Part shown: positions 35,792 to 49,299 of the stretch, piece by piece
Numbering within the stretch: position 1 is the stretch's first letter
How the letters are laid out: each line of letters opens with the position of its first letter
Source of the DNA: Raillietiella orientalis
Lineage: Eukaryota
DNA: 64,000 nt
Reading direction: 5' to 3'
Assembly: GCA_036172245.1 (NCBI GenBank)
Contig: JAYWIR010000033.1
Coordinates: forward strand, 1,488,001 to 1,552,000
The notes under the pieces: generated by a model
The model's database searches: none
What the model was told of the DNA's origin: nothing
The model's input: only the letters and a program-made list of their open reading frames with translations
Translations under genes and position numbers: made by a program

Positions 35792-38700
35792 CCAGGGAAG
35801 GAGCGGCTTCTCTCACTTCCCCAGGAACGACACGCTCCCGGGAGGCGCGTGTCTTTCCGGCTGTCAGAAGCGGAGGGAGGGTCGGAGCTTCTGGAAGGCA
35901 GAGCTGTTTCCTGTGACGCTCCCTGTCGGGTTGGGGTTCCGATCCGCGCGCCGCCGACGCACGCCGCCGGCAGCCGCGGGACTCCCGGGTCCGCTCGTGT
36001 CCCCAGGGCGACCGCAGTGTCGCAGAAGTGTCCCAGAAGGGCTTTCTCCCCGAAGCTCGTGCGCTCTCCGGAACCCCCGGAGCTGCTGCTTCTTCCCAGA
36101 GACTCCCGAGGGCTGCAGGCGTCTCGATCCGCAGATTCTGAGGCTCTTTCCTGCTCATTCATCTGTCTTGCTCCTGGACGCTGACCTCTCGCGGAGCGAT
36201 CTTCCTTTTCCTGCCTGCAGCGCATCGTCCGCGCGGCGCGGCAGCCAATAGGCCTTCTCCGCGGCCAAGCTACTGAACATGGCGGATCGTTGCTAGAGAC
36301 TCGCTGACTGAGCGGGTTGTAGCAACGGGTTAGCCTACGCATTCGCCTTGCACGCGCCAGGTGGACGGGAAGTGTCTGCTCGCCTCCGAGGATGTTTGGA
36401 TCTCAAGGGGAAGTGCTCTTCCCCTCATCCGCAGTCAAGTAAGCTGTTAGTGTTTCCATTACTCCTTAGGAGAAGAAGAGGAAGAAGGAAAACGAGCGTC
36501 GAAAGATGGAGAAGAGTGAAACGTAAATAATGACACATCTCGATTTTAAGATCGGCGATCAGTTAAGAAATTTGGAGGCGAGCATCCCGACGCTTTTTCT
36601 TGTACTTGAAAGTACTTGTCCGAACGAAAATTGCCTGCCGATTAAAGGAATCGCTGCTTTTCCTCCGAAATCTCAAAGGAAAGATTTCTGCCTGCTCTTC
36701 CACGGAAGCCGGATGCACGTAAAGGTGATGCAGTCTTTGATCATATGTAATGTAATGTACGAAATGGGAAAATAACGCTATGAAGCACCAAGGAAAAAAT
36801 CCCTTCGCACCACGCTGACTCGTCTAAGCTATGCTCGCTTTTCACCCTTTCTGACGTACGAACGTATCCATGCCGTGCGTGTGGGAGCAAATCGGAGATG
36901 CAACGGGAACACGCGCGGGCATAAAAACGGGGTCAGCCTACAGACCAAGTTCAGCCCATGGGCTAAACTTCCACGGCTCCACGAAAGGTTTGGACTTATT
37001 CATGGACCGAGCCCTGCTTAAGCGACACCTTCTTTTCGACACCAAATGGGGTTTGCTTATGGGCCTCACGCTACCCTCGAGAAAGCTGAGACGGATCTCT
37101 GCTCTGAATCTTAGACTGGGGTTTCTCTAGCGCAAAGAGCGGCATCGAACAGCCGCTGTTCTTCCACCCGCGGCCGTGGCGAAAGGCAACGGAAGATGGC
37201 GTTCAGCGGGCGCAGAGAAGAGGATGTCTCGGTACACTGAAACAAGCAAACAGCTGGAATTTTCCTTGCAACCATCCCTCCTCCTCCTCCTCCGCTCGGG
37301 GAATACAACTGCTTTAGAGGTTTGTCGCAGGGCAAGGTTGGGGCAACTTTGCGGGTGGCGTTCCGTTCCGAATGAAAATTCCTTTCGGCGGTTCGCTGCG
37401 CCGGGAGGGTGCTGACGGAGGCTCGTCCGTCTTCCTTTCGAGGCCCTCGTGGCCCGATAGGACGCGGGTAGTCCTTTTTTCCCTTCGGCGGAAACGCTCC
37501 GCGCACGGAAATTCCAGCCCCAGGATTTCTCGGCACTCAACTCTTGGACCTCGGTTCCGCGCTGGTACCCGGCCCGAGGTGTTCCCTCGATCCGCTGAGG
37601 CAGGCAAGCATTTTTTTGCCCGACCCGCGCTCGCGCAGTCCCAGGTCGAAGCGTCCGAGAGCCATGGATACGGTCCACGGAAGGTCGGAAGCCCTACCCT
37701 CCGGGCGCTTGGAAGGGGAACTGTAGAGAGTCCCGGAGGGGGTCGGATCGCGCACCGATAGGAGCAACGCGTCTCGGTGCACCCCGATGGGATTCTTGGA
37801 GAGATCAAGGAGCGGAGCAGCAATCGGAAAAATCCCCTCCGGAGAAATCCTCGGGAGTGTGCAAAAAAAAAAAAAGAACTCCTCGTGCTGAGGCAGCGGC
37901 TGCGACGATTCTCGTGGGGGACCGGATGACGATTCGGAGCGCTCGCCTCGTCTTTTTCATCCTTTATTGCGCGCTGGGGAAATGAGTATGCAAAGAGGAG
38001 GAGAGGGCTATTGCGATGGCTTATTCGCGAGCACGGACCGGTGAGGTCCCGGCAGAAGCAACTCACTCCACCCGCTGCACCCTGAATTGACCCCTTTTGT
38101 CTCGAGGCGCGAAGACTTCCCCTTCCGAGGTAGATGAGGGCTTTCGGCCATGCGTCCTTTAACCTGGAAGGACAGTCGAAGCGGTGGCTCTTCCTGCGGA
38201 CAATATCAGTTCGATTTGGTGGTGGAGTCGGGAGGGTTTCTCCGGGGACTCAGGATCGACTGAACCATGCTCAAAGGCTATTCGCATGGAACCCTTCTCC
38301 ACATCAGACCCCCAGGATCTCACTATAGTATTTGCTACTACCACCAAGATCTGCGCCGACGGCGGCTCCAGGCGAGCTCGCGCCCAAACCCTTCTACGCG
38401 CACCGTCGCGACCCTCCTACTCGCCGGAACCTGAGGAACCCGCCGTCCTCCGGAACGCGCCCGGAAGGCAGGAACGGCTCTGTCCCGGCGGTTGGGTATA
38501 GGCTCTACGCTTGAGCGCCATCCCTTTTCAGGGCTAGTTGCTTCGGCAGGGTTGGTGCGGCTGGCCTGCCGCTGGAATGGCCACTCTTGGGAGAAAGTTG
38601 TTGATCCTCTCGCAGCTCTGGGAGCGAGGAAGCACGCGGCGAGGGAAGATTCGGACCGGCGCGCTCTTCCAGGAGTCCGAAAGGCGCGCAGAGAGCAAGT

Positions 38701-41700
38701 GGCTGGGGCGGCAGAGGCTTCGGGATCGTCCCTTCCTTTCGCCTCGCTTCTCGGAAACCCTGGCCGCATCCCCTCTTCTTCACCTCCGGCGGGCTTGGCC
38801 ACCGCTGGTGCTCTGAGGCGGGACAGCGGTGGCCTTGACCCAATGAATCGTCACAGGCCTCTCCGAAATGGGCGTCTTCCGTCATCCCTTGTCTTCCTCG
38901 TCGATAAGGTCTACCCCCACCCGCTCCCCCTCTGCTCCTGAAACGCGACTTCCACTGGTTCGGCATCTTCCGTTGCTGCGAGCGACGCGGCATGCGCCTG
39001 TCTAGTCTGCACAGCTCTGAGCACCTCTCTTCCCGGTTTCCTCTGACGCTTGCGCAGAAATCCTTCCAGGATGTCATCCGTATCCATTAGATCATTTGGG
39101 CCTTCCGCCTCCCGGAAAGCATTCCCGTTTCCCCCTCCACCCTCCCCTCCGTCTCCAAAGCAACAGGGATTTCCGTCAACTGGCAAGGAGGGTCTCATCG
39201 CCGTCCTATGCGTATTCTCCCTCTCATACCTCCTCCCTGATCAGGGTCCTCCAGAAAATAGCGGCAAGCGCTTCTCCACGCTCCTCGCGGCTGCCCAGAA
39301 GATGCCTTCCCTGGAGCCGTCTCCACCCCTGGCCAAGGCCAAGATGCATGCGCGTGCGCACCGAGCATATCCCAGCTTGCGTTGCTGGGGGAAGAGACCC
39401 AGGGATCCACATCCCTGGGAGTGGGAGGGAGGGAGAGGGCCGGGAATAAGGGTACCCAGGATTCCTTTCCTCCCTGCGCCGCGGACGAGCGGCAGCCGAC
39501 AGCTGCTGGCGACCCGCCCAGCGCTCGAGGGCTAGGCGGATGAGTCGAGAGAACCCGAGCCCCTTGTGTGCGTGTGCGTGTTCCGCTCCCTCCCCGGCTG
39601 TCATTGCGGGCCGCGTGCGCACATCCCACCGGAGAATAGAAGGGCCGTTTCCTCCGGCACCGCGTCCCACGGCGTAGCAGAGGGTGCTCCTCCGGCTTAG
39701 GGCACCTCTTGGGGGCAGCGGGAAGGGGAGTCAAGGCAGGCGATTCGGAAGGGAGAACGGCCGGGAGCAGCGGCTGGACTTACCCGCTTGCCGGATGACC
39801 GCGCTAGGATCAGCGCTGCATCCTCTCAACTCCGCCCTCCCCGTGACCACGTGTTTCGCACTCAGGGCAGGGAGGGACACAGGACTCCTCTCCAAGGAAA
39901 GAGGCCATCCCGGAAAACGATAGGGAGACGATCGGGAAGCTGAGACGGCTTGCTGGACTCAGGAAGAGCTCCCCGACCTACTGGACCCGCTCGTTGCCGA
40001 GGCTCCGGTGCGCAGTCGCAGAGGAAAGAGGAGACTGTGAGTTCAAATTCCGGCGGAGACCGCGCGGCCTCGTTTCGGCGGGGAGCACAGCGACCCTTGG
40101 ACGTCCGCCCTCGCCAGGGAGACCCGACTTTCGCCGCCTCCTCGTCGGCTGAAGGGACAGATCCGTCGCGTTCCTTCACGCGATCCCGAACTTCCCGAAT
40201 GGACCGCGGACAGAATAGCACGGCTGCGCTCCCTCGGACTCCCTCGCTGGAGGAGTCCTCGCCGACCCAGCCGACGCCTCGCAGAATTCCGGGGGAGGAG
40301 CCGCTTCCATCTCCAGGCGACACAGACCTCCCTCCTCTCCTTAGGGGTGCGCAAGCGGGGACACCCCTGCCCCCCTACGGTGCCCTAATGTGTCTGCTCC
40401 ATTCGGCCTGCCTGTGAATTTGCGGCTATGACCCCCTGTGGCGCGCGCGGTCCTCCGGCCAGATGCGCGCCGCGCGCCCTTCCGGCGGCGGGAGCGGAAA
40501 GAGTGCGCGACCCCTGTGATCGGGAGGCCGTGCGCGTCCTTCTGACCCTGCAGCTCATCACCTGGAGCTGCGAAGAGTCCCTCCGGAGGCCCCGATGGGG
40601 AGAGAGGGAGGAGGAGGAGGAAGGGGACAAAGCCGCTGACGTCACTCATGCCTCGCGGGCCGAGCTCCCGGCGCCGGTTTCCGGGCGCTGCTCTTAAGCG
40701 TGTTCTTCCGTACCGGCAAGCCATCTCCTTCTCCTTCACCCTTTCTTTTCCTCCTCCTCTTCCTCTTCCTTTCTTCCTCCTTCTCCTTTCCTCATACTCC
40801 TCCACCCTCCGCTCCTGCTCTCCGTCCCGGAAAAGAAATTTCGGTGCTGCGGGGCTGCCCCTTCTCAAGGACTTCATCCTGGACTGCCCGGATCGCCTGC
40901 TCCTCTCTCCTTCCAGGAAGAGTTTCTCCCCAGCCCTCGTTGCTCCTGGAAATCCTTCCCCCAATGGCGATTCTCGGTCAGCTGTGAGCTCCTTGATCCC
41001 TTTCCGCATGCGGAGATGCGAGAAGCGGGCGCTCTTGGAAACGGATCGAGAAACGGACTTGCGGCCCCTGTAGACTGTTGCTTCGCTGCTGCGCAGAGCG
41101 CCAGCCGCGCCTCAGAGGAGGTGTGGCGTCCGAGGTTCGCAAAGGCGGCCTCTCCGGTGGTCCCCAGGGGTGTAGCGCCGCGCGGCAGGGCCAAGCCGCC
41201 TCCGGAGGTCGTAGGGAGCGCGGGTCGCGTAGGGTAGCGCGGTGCTGCATCCCCCGAGCAACCGCCCCACCTTCGGCACCCCCTGTGTCGCGCGCCCGGA
41301 GTCCTGGAGATTCCCTCGGCGCCCAAGATTGCAGGGTGCTCACCCCCTCCCCGAGTGCGGACTACATCATGCGGAAAACGAGACTCTGACAGGGGCGAGA
41401 GAGAGCGTCGTCAAAGGAAACCGCCGCTGGCCGCTCGCGCGGTGGTCTCACCAGGGTGGTCACGGCGCTTCGCTTCCTGGTGGTGGCGTTGGTCCATCCT
41501 GCGGCGCTGCCAGGGGGAGGCCTGCGAGGGGGTGGGTGGTGTTCCTCGTCCTTCCGTGGGGGGCAGGGACTGGAGGGCCTCGGACACGTCCTGGAAGGGC
41601 ACGGCAACGCGGACGCTCCCGGCGACAACCAGCTCTCGAGGGTGTCCCGCTCAGTAAAGGCCGGGCCGTCCCGCCGGGAGCGGCTGCGTCGCCGCTGGAG

Positions 41701-42681
41701 TTCCGCCCGCCCGCTTCGGCGGGGAGAGGGGCATTTCCAGGCGCCGGCGCCGTCCGGGAGCCCTTGCGCGCTCCGATTGGCGGATCGCCGGTCGGAAAGG
41801 TGTGGCGAGAAGAGGGCGGGGCGCGAAGCCATTGGCCCGTCGCATCCTCGCCTTCTCGGTTCGCACGCGCGCAGCGGGGAGGAGGAGAGGAAGGGGGGAA
41901 GTCCGGTTGCGCGGCGTCGGCTGCCGAGGAGACCGAAGCGAACCTCTCCTCCGGCCTCTGCTATCCCTCGCTCGCAGGGTCTCCAGCGAGTTTGACTAAA
42001 GTCCAAAGGGAGGGAGGGAGGGGAGGAAGACTGCTCTCTCTCTAGGGAAGCCCGAGGGGTGGAGCTCCTTGGCAGAGGGCTCTTGATATGGAGCGCGGCA
42101 GCCTCCTGCACGTGGTCCTGAACAGAGGAACGGGTCGACTGCGTGGGGTGATCCCGGTCCCTTGCCATCCTGGCCCTTCTGTGGCAGGCCGTGGAAGGCA
42201 GCGCTCGCAAAGGGAGGAGCTAACTGCCGTCGCCTCGGCGACGGCGACGGCGACCGAGGTTGATTTTTCAACGTAGTGGAAACCATGGCGCAAAAAAGGA
42301 AAAGAAGAAGAAGAAGTAAAGGACGCGGGAGACGAACAGCAAACGCCTCTCCTGTGCCCGTCTCCTCGCTCCATTATCCTGGTCGGCGATGAACCCCCGG
42401 AGTAAGCGAGTGTCATTCGGGAGCACTCCTGCAAATTGGTTCCGCCGGTATCCATCTCCATTTGTTACAGCCGGAGAGAGGCTCCGTTTCGATCAGCGAG
42501 AGAGGAGCAGCGCTCTCCTGCCTAGGGGAGGAAGAGGAGGAGCGAGAGGAAAACCGTTCCAAGCTGCCTCTCCCGGCTATTAAGGGATATTAAATTTCAT
42601 CAGCCTAAGAGCGGAAAATGATCGGCGACGCAGAGACGCTCTCCCGGTCCCGCCTTTCCTGCATTATTTTCGTCTTTATTT

Positions 42682-42716
<35 letters not shown>

Positions 42717-43169
42717 TCATCTCGTTCTTCCTCCTCCCCTAGCGTCGAGATTTCGAAGATCACAACTCATTGCGGATCACGTGAGACGAGTGACGTAACA
42801 ATGAGGGCCGCCCCTTCTGCGCGGAGGCGCGTGCAAAGGGAGACCAAAGTGCCGCGCTCAGTCTCGCCGCGCTCGGGCCGGCGAGTTCGCCAGCGGCGCG
42901 TTCTAGTGAAGGAAGGAGTCCAGGAGAAACGAATGACCCATCTCCAGGCGCCGAACCTTCGGAAGGCCCCGAGGGACCCTCCCCTCTCCGAGCCGAGAGG
43001 TCGATTGCCGCCACCTCGCGCGGCCGCTTCCGCCTAAGAGAGCGGAGAGTTTTTGCTTTCGCTCCCTGCCCTCGATGCACCGGCAAGGGGAGCAGAGAAA
43101 GCGAGAGGGGGAGAGAGCGACGGGAGCGCGGGCTTTCCAGGAGCCGGAGAAGCCGTGTCAGCATTCGCG

Positions 43170-43410
43170 GTGATCAATTCTCAAAGAGCTCTTAGGTCCT
43201 CGTTCCGAAAGATTATGCTCGATTGATGGAGCGGGTGTTTGCTGAAGTCAGGTTTATCGGAGTAAACCCCAAATAGCAAGCTTTAATCTTACGGGGGCCG
43301 CCGAGACGACCAACACCTTCAGCAGGGCAATAAAAATCCCAGCGCACGGGAGAACAGGTGGATGGAAGCGACGGGCGTGAAGAGTAATCAAATCACGCAA
43401 TCGAGGAAGA
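43170..43410. promoter_or_regulatory. Candidate enhancer: homeodomain-site cluster upstream of Hr51
   Basis: Locally AT-richer stretch with GATTA (43211), CGATTGATGG (43220), TAATCT (43284) and TAATCAAATCA (43385). Confidence 0.35.
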
Positions 43411-44353
43411 CCGTGATCCGCGGAAGACTCCCATTCATCTGAAAGCCTACCAATGAATGGATCCGTACAAACGCCCAGCTCGCGTGACGCGATTTGCCCC
43501 CTCCCGTCCCTTCCCTCCCCGTGCCGAATCACGGAACGAACCTCGCGCAGCGGAGGGTCACGCTCTCTCCTCCGCCTTGGCCTGCACGCCTCGGGGAAGC
43601 TCGCGTGGACCCGAAATTTCGAAAAATCCACGCACGTCCGACGCGCGCCTCTCCCTCTGCTCCACGTGGCGCCTGCGCATGCGCACGGCAGCGCGCGCAC
43701 TCGAATCCGCCACCTTCCTCCACCTCTTGGCGATGTGCCCTTCCGGCCCGATGCTCCTCATTTTACTGACCTTTTCATGAATTCGCATCCGGCGAGGAAG
43801 CTGCGGTCGCCCAGCACCCGCCCCAAAAAGGACCTCTCCACACTCCAAAACGTGTGGACGTCAAATTTGGAATGTGTCTTGTCCCGATCCGAACTTCCTG
43901 ATTTTCTTTTCCTTGGCTCCCTCACCCTTCCTTTTTTTCTCTCTCTCTCTCTTTAAGAGCACTAAAAAACCAGAAATAAATCCTGGACTCCTGGAATCTG
44001 CTAGAATGAAGAAAAAAAGGCATTGCCTAGCTGAAATGAGACTGTTTGCCAGGAAAGCCCCATTCCCTCCCCACCCACCCCTCTCTCTCCAGGTGTTTTT
44101 TTTTTTTCTTAAAAAAACAAAAAAATCAAGGTATGTCTTGAAATCAGGCAAGACATTCCTGATTTCACACACGTGACCTTTTTTTCAAGTTGGCAGAAAA
44201 CATGTTGGACCAGAGAGGATTTTTTTCCATCCCAAGCGTTTTCCTGTCGAAAGCAATGCGAAAAGAAAAACATAGACGAGGACTGTCGCAGGCGTGTGAC
44301 CGTGGCGCTCGATTGGAGGGCAATGCTGGAATCCCACCCTCCTCTCCCCCCCC

Positions 44354-44392
<39 letters not shown>

Positions 44393-44393
44393 A
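44354..44393. repeat. Compound (CT)n(CA)n microsatellite
   Basis: ctctctctctctctc followed by acacacac... Confidence 0.9.
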
Positions 44394-45311
44394 TTATTCT
44401 TGACGTCGGAGGAATCGATTGCTGCTGCCTCATGAAGCTCGCAGGAGTTTCGTCAGAAGGCGACAAAGGAGAGACCGAGCGGCGTCAGCGGGAAGAGCTC
44501 GGAGCACGTCGTCGTCACAGGCAGCTTCCCCGGGAGCCGCGATCAAACGAATCGCAGCACGCACCTGCAATGGACCGCGCGAAACGGAAGGATGAAAGCG
44601 GAGAGGTCAAGGGCCCGCACGCACCGAGCGCTGGTGAGCTGCACCTGCGCGCTGAGCACCTGCGGGGAGAGGGGATAGAGAAAATCCCAGACCAAGGGCC
44701 TCAGCCGGACTGCATCCCGAGCGAAAGACGGGGTCCGCGATCCTCCCGGAGACCGTGCGAACCGGCGGGAGTACTGAGGTGATGTTCCTGCCTCAAGACA
44801 GGCAATCGAAAGGACGCCGGGGACTCCCCTCTTGCTCCTGAGGTGAAGGCGGACTCCAGGCGAGGAGAGGGCGCGCGTGTTCCGCGCAGCGGAATGGCCG
44901 TGGACGGGTGGACCACTACCGCCACCCGCTTTTCCAAAAGGACAACGCGTGCGTGGGACCCAGCTCGATCGGTGCGGGACGGGCGGGAGCAGGAATCGGC
45001 TTCGCCGTTTGTCCTGGAGGGAGTTCGCTTCGGATCGCCGCAGAGATGCCACGTAACACTTGGAATGCTGCAGGAAAAAGGGATGCCCGGGTTCCTGTTT
45101 TCTGGGGGGGGGAGGGGTTCGATTCCCGTTGTTGTGCGCGGAGCTGGTTTTTCCCATCCGGGGCGTTCTCCAAGAAAATCGCCAAACCGTCAGGTGGTGT
45201 CAGTGGAACCGTCGGTCCTTCCGCGTTCGAAGAACACGGGACCTTGCCGAGATGGCAGGTGCGACGGCCAGCGAAGAGCGCCCTACCACCCCGTCAACGA
45301 AGAGGATAAGC

Positions 45312-45335
45312 AAAAATAAAATAAAATAAAAATAA
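45312..45335. repeat. (AAAAT)n microsatellite
   Basis: aaaaataaaataaaataaaaataa. Confidence 0.8.
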
Positions 45336-45649
45336 GGAAAAATCATGGGAGGGGTTCGGGAACGGGATCACAGCTTGGAGTCCTCTGCATCTTTCGAGGA
45401 TGTTGGCAAGTTCTAGTCTGTTGCTACCCCGATGGGGGGATCATCTCTCCGCGATCCTCACGAAGGATTTCCGCCTAGTGGACGGCGTCCCTTCGGTTCT
45501 GGTCTCTTCCGCTGGCGTTCCGTGCCCGCGCGTGGTTCCATGCGTACCATCCGACAGAAATCGACGCATTGCGTCGTGGGTTCGAGTCCCTCCTGCAAGA
45601 TGACGCTGGTTGGCCTACAACCATTCGGGTGCGCCACTGGTAGCGGTTA

Positions 45650-46900
45650 AAACCGGATGCCTTCACCGGACGAGGTGCAGCATCCCGCTCAGGGCGGCAG
45701 ACAGCTGCTAAGCAGGCGGGCCGGGGTGGCAGCGCATCACGCACGAGGAGGCGTCTCCTGGGTGCTGCTCACAGGGATCCGGAGAGCCGCTGGAAGGCGT
45801 TCCCATGAGGGCAGAGCAGTCTACGTGCCGGAGCGGGAGCGTTCCCCTTCTTCCCACACCTGTCGCAGTTCCTATCACAGACTCCTCCGGGATCCCCATG
45901 GTGGAGCATGTTCCCTTCACGTGGAACGCCCCGATGCGAGGTCAGCAGCTTTGACTCCTGCCTCCTGAGGGGGAGGTTCGCTCTACTTGTCGGCATCTCG
46001 GGCAGCACCAGTTCTTCTAAGGGAACCTCCAAAAACTGGGCCCGAAAACAGAGGTTGCACTCGTCAGTCGTTGAGGGAGATCCTGGGTAACACCGGAAAT
46101 CTTCCGTGGGCTTCGTTCACCCCCCTCTTGCTCCAGTGATGCCCTCCCCACGGGACAGCAAAGGAAAGCGCCTTCCGGCAAGATGGAACGTGACGTGCAT
46201 TATCGGAAATAGAAGAAAACATCTAAATGCGTGGACAACCCGGGAGCTGACAGATGCTGTCACCCCGAGTGTCCCTCCAAAAGGACTGCCACGCTGTTGA
46301 GAGCTGCTCGACGTCCCTCCGGAAGAGGAGGTGCAGCGACCCTCAGAGTGCTGGAATAGTGCTACTCTCCTCCCCAAAGTGGCAGGAGTCGGCGATCCTT
46401 CCGTTGCATTGGGGTCTCCCTTGAAATGTCCGCCGACACCATTGTACAAGTGCGAGCCCAAACTGAGGTAGGTGTAGAGAAAGAGAGTCCTCTCGCACCT
46501 ACTCGTGGATCGTGTTGCCCTCTGCTCCCTGTGGGAACGCTTTGCCAAGTCCCTGAGGATCCCGAAGGCAGCCCCAGAGTCATTCTGAAGCGCCTCTTCC
46601 AGAGCGACGCCATCACGCCGGCCGCATCCCTAGCAGCACTGTGCTGTCCACGTGGTCGGACCGTGGCTGCATGGAGCAAGTTCAGAGGAGGCCAGGACAA
46701 CAGGGACGCCATCTTTTGTGCTGTTCTCTTCATGGGGACAGCGTCAAGAGTCTGGGAGTCTTGAAACTGGAACTTGCTGGCATCCTTAGAAGGATGCAGA
46801 GGACACCCTCCAGCACTGGTGATCCCTTCCCGAACCCCATCATTTTTTTTGTATATATTTTTTTGTTTCATTTTTCTTTTTTATTGTTTCGCCTCTCCCT
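45650..46900 (+). mobile_element. L1/Tx1-like ORF2 3' remnant (copy B)
   Basis: LPARWNVTCIIG..WTTRELTDAVTPSVPPK is homologous to copies A and C. A Cys/W(E)-containing Zn-knuckle-like segment lies at ~46515. T-rich tail at 46843-46890. Confidence 0.6.
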
Positions 46901-47759
46901 CTGCTGCTGAGGCGAACCGTGTCATCCTGCGTGCCGGTCTCCAATAGGTTCCTATGGTTACATCTGTAAAGTGGCAAGACCGAGAGTCCTGCCACTGCCC
47001 TGTGTGTGTTTATTTTTTATATAGATCAACAACCCGGTGCAACTGAGTGTCAAACCAGAAGCTGGGCCCTTGATGGTGGGACGGAAGAAGGATAGGGATT
47101 TCAGGCTCTTGATGCCTGCGGCGTAGGCGCGCTGCAGCTCCCACGGGGGCAGCTGCATTTCATCGCACGTAGGCAGCTCGCGTTTGCCAGGCTCCTCGAA
47201 GCATCCGAGCTCCGGAAGAGCGCTGCGGGTACCATCACGGCAGACACCTCTGCGTTGGCCTGCAGTTGGTATCCCCGCCCGCCCGCCATGGACCGTCGTC
47301 CGCCATGGGCTGCTCTCGCGAGCTGATCGACGGCCGGATGCCAAGAGCAGGTGGAGGGACGCCATTCGTTTCCAAAGCAGAGGCTCCCTGCCCTGCAGCT
47401 CGCAGGTCCGCCGCACGCCCACTGCGTCGCTGCAGCACGCCGGCATTTATCTAAGGGCTCAGCTTCCGTGCACGCGACGCTCCCGATGCGGTTCGCTCCT
47501 AGCTGAGCGCACCCTTTGGCGCGACTCGCACAGACGAGATGCATCTGCTCTAGAGATTGTCCGGCAAGGGGTCAGCAGCCTGCGGCGCTCTGGCTGACTC
47601 ACCCCTTCAAGGGAAGAGCGAACAAAGCAAGGGAGGTTTCAAAGAAACCACGTGACCCGTTCGCAGAAGGAACGGCACGACTAACAGAAGGTCGCTGGCC
47701 CAGCTCCGGAAGCTCGGACGCTTCTTGGCAGATGCTTTCTTGTGAAAGTCCGCATGCTC

Positions 47760-49090
47760 TTGGAGGTATTCCGTAACCACGGTGACTTACCCGTTTCTTC
47801 ACCACTTGGTGATGAGTCAAGCGCAGCTTAACCTCAAGTCGTCGGCGTGGAACGCGTTCGCGGCTCCCCTCCTCCGCCCCCTCCTTTTTGTTTGTCACAC
47901 TTCAACAGCGATCAAAAAACGCACCAAGGACCTCCTCAGAGAGGTCCTGTGGGCACAAGGAGGTCCCAAGTGCAATTGAAAGACTCGTGTGCTCCGCGCA
48001 AGGATGGTGGACTTGGCCTCCTTACGTTGGAGCGAATGCAGCTTCAGCGCCAGATTAGAAGACTCGTCCTCGCGGAGAAGCTATGGACCACGCATTGTTG
48101 CGCTCCTGCGTGCCTCCTCGCCCTAAGAGCAACAGGCTGATACGGACTTTCTTCGGTTCTCGTGGCCCACGAGGCCAATCTAAGCCAATGTGTCCTTCAA
48201 CTACGTCAGATGGTTGCTCTCGTGCAAGAGAACACCTGGATCTCCTGCCTCCCCGCAAACTGCACTGCCTGGCTTCAGGAGTCAGTTTCCGCATGGGGAA
48301 AGATTCACAGCTCGAGCAAGACAGAGTGGGCCTGCCTCCAGAAAGGAAAGTACTCTCGACAGCCCCTGCAGGAGATCGTGCAGAGTCCACGGAAACTGCT
48401 GTGGGCCACGTTCACCCCTCATGTCCCAGTTCTGCCTACTTCAAAAACGTTAGGGGCAGCAACCTCCCGGCAAGATGGGAAGTAACCTGCCTCATTAAAG
48501 GCAGAAAAAAAACTCGTAAACTCATGGACAACTCGGCAGTTAGAGGAGGCTGCGAACCCGAGTGTCCCTCCGAAAGAACTAGTGTTGCATTGAGGAATCC
48601 CATGCAAAGTGCGACTCCCTTATTGGACATGGAAGAGTGTGGATGCCCATTGCGAAAGGTGCTGCGACAAAGACTTTGTTGCACCTTCCTCAGGACTGTG
48701 CTGCCCTTTGACCATTCTGGGATCGTCTACCAACGATTTTGGAGATCCCAGAAGGCGGCCCCAGGGTCATTATTAAGCGCCTCCTCTTTCGTTCCGATCT
48801 TCCTCCCAGCAGCGCAGCTAGCAGTTCTCTTCTGGAGGGATCGTGGCGCTCTGGAACACGACAAGAAGAAGCCAGAATCGCAGGGACGGCATCCACTGGG
48901 CGTGGATCTTTTTGAGGACCGCATCCAGATGACCCCACCTGGGCAATGTGAGAACGCAACTTGTTGGCATCCTGGACAGGATACAGAGGACATCTCCAAG
49001 AGAACAGCAATCCCTTACCTTCCCCTCCCCCTCCTCCTCAATAAACATCTCCCTCTCCATTTTTTTTTATTTTTTTGTTTCCTTTTGCTT
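47760..49090 (+). mobile_element. L1/Tx1-like ORF2 post-RT remnant (copy C)
   Basis: LREVLWAQGG..CAPRKDGGLGLLTL is the L1-clade LPK..GGLG motif. It is followed by LPARWEVTC..PSVPPKEL, a degenerate C..H..WD(C) knuckle (~48680-48725), AATAAA (49040) and a T-rich tract. Confidence 0.75.
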
Positions 49091-49299
49091 GCGGTTTTCC
49101 CTCCCCCTTCTCCTCAGAAACGCACCTCGCCGGTCCACAGACCGGTGACCGACAAGTTTGAGTGACGTGGTGAACCAAGTGGTTCACCACACGACAAATA
49201 CTTTGGGATTTTATTATTTCTATAATTAAAGCCACCGCCAATCGAGGTGATAAATCTCAAGTCGTTACACAAGGCATCGAAGAAACCTCATGGAGTCCA

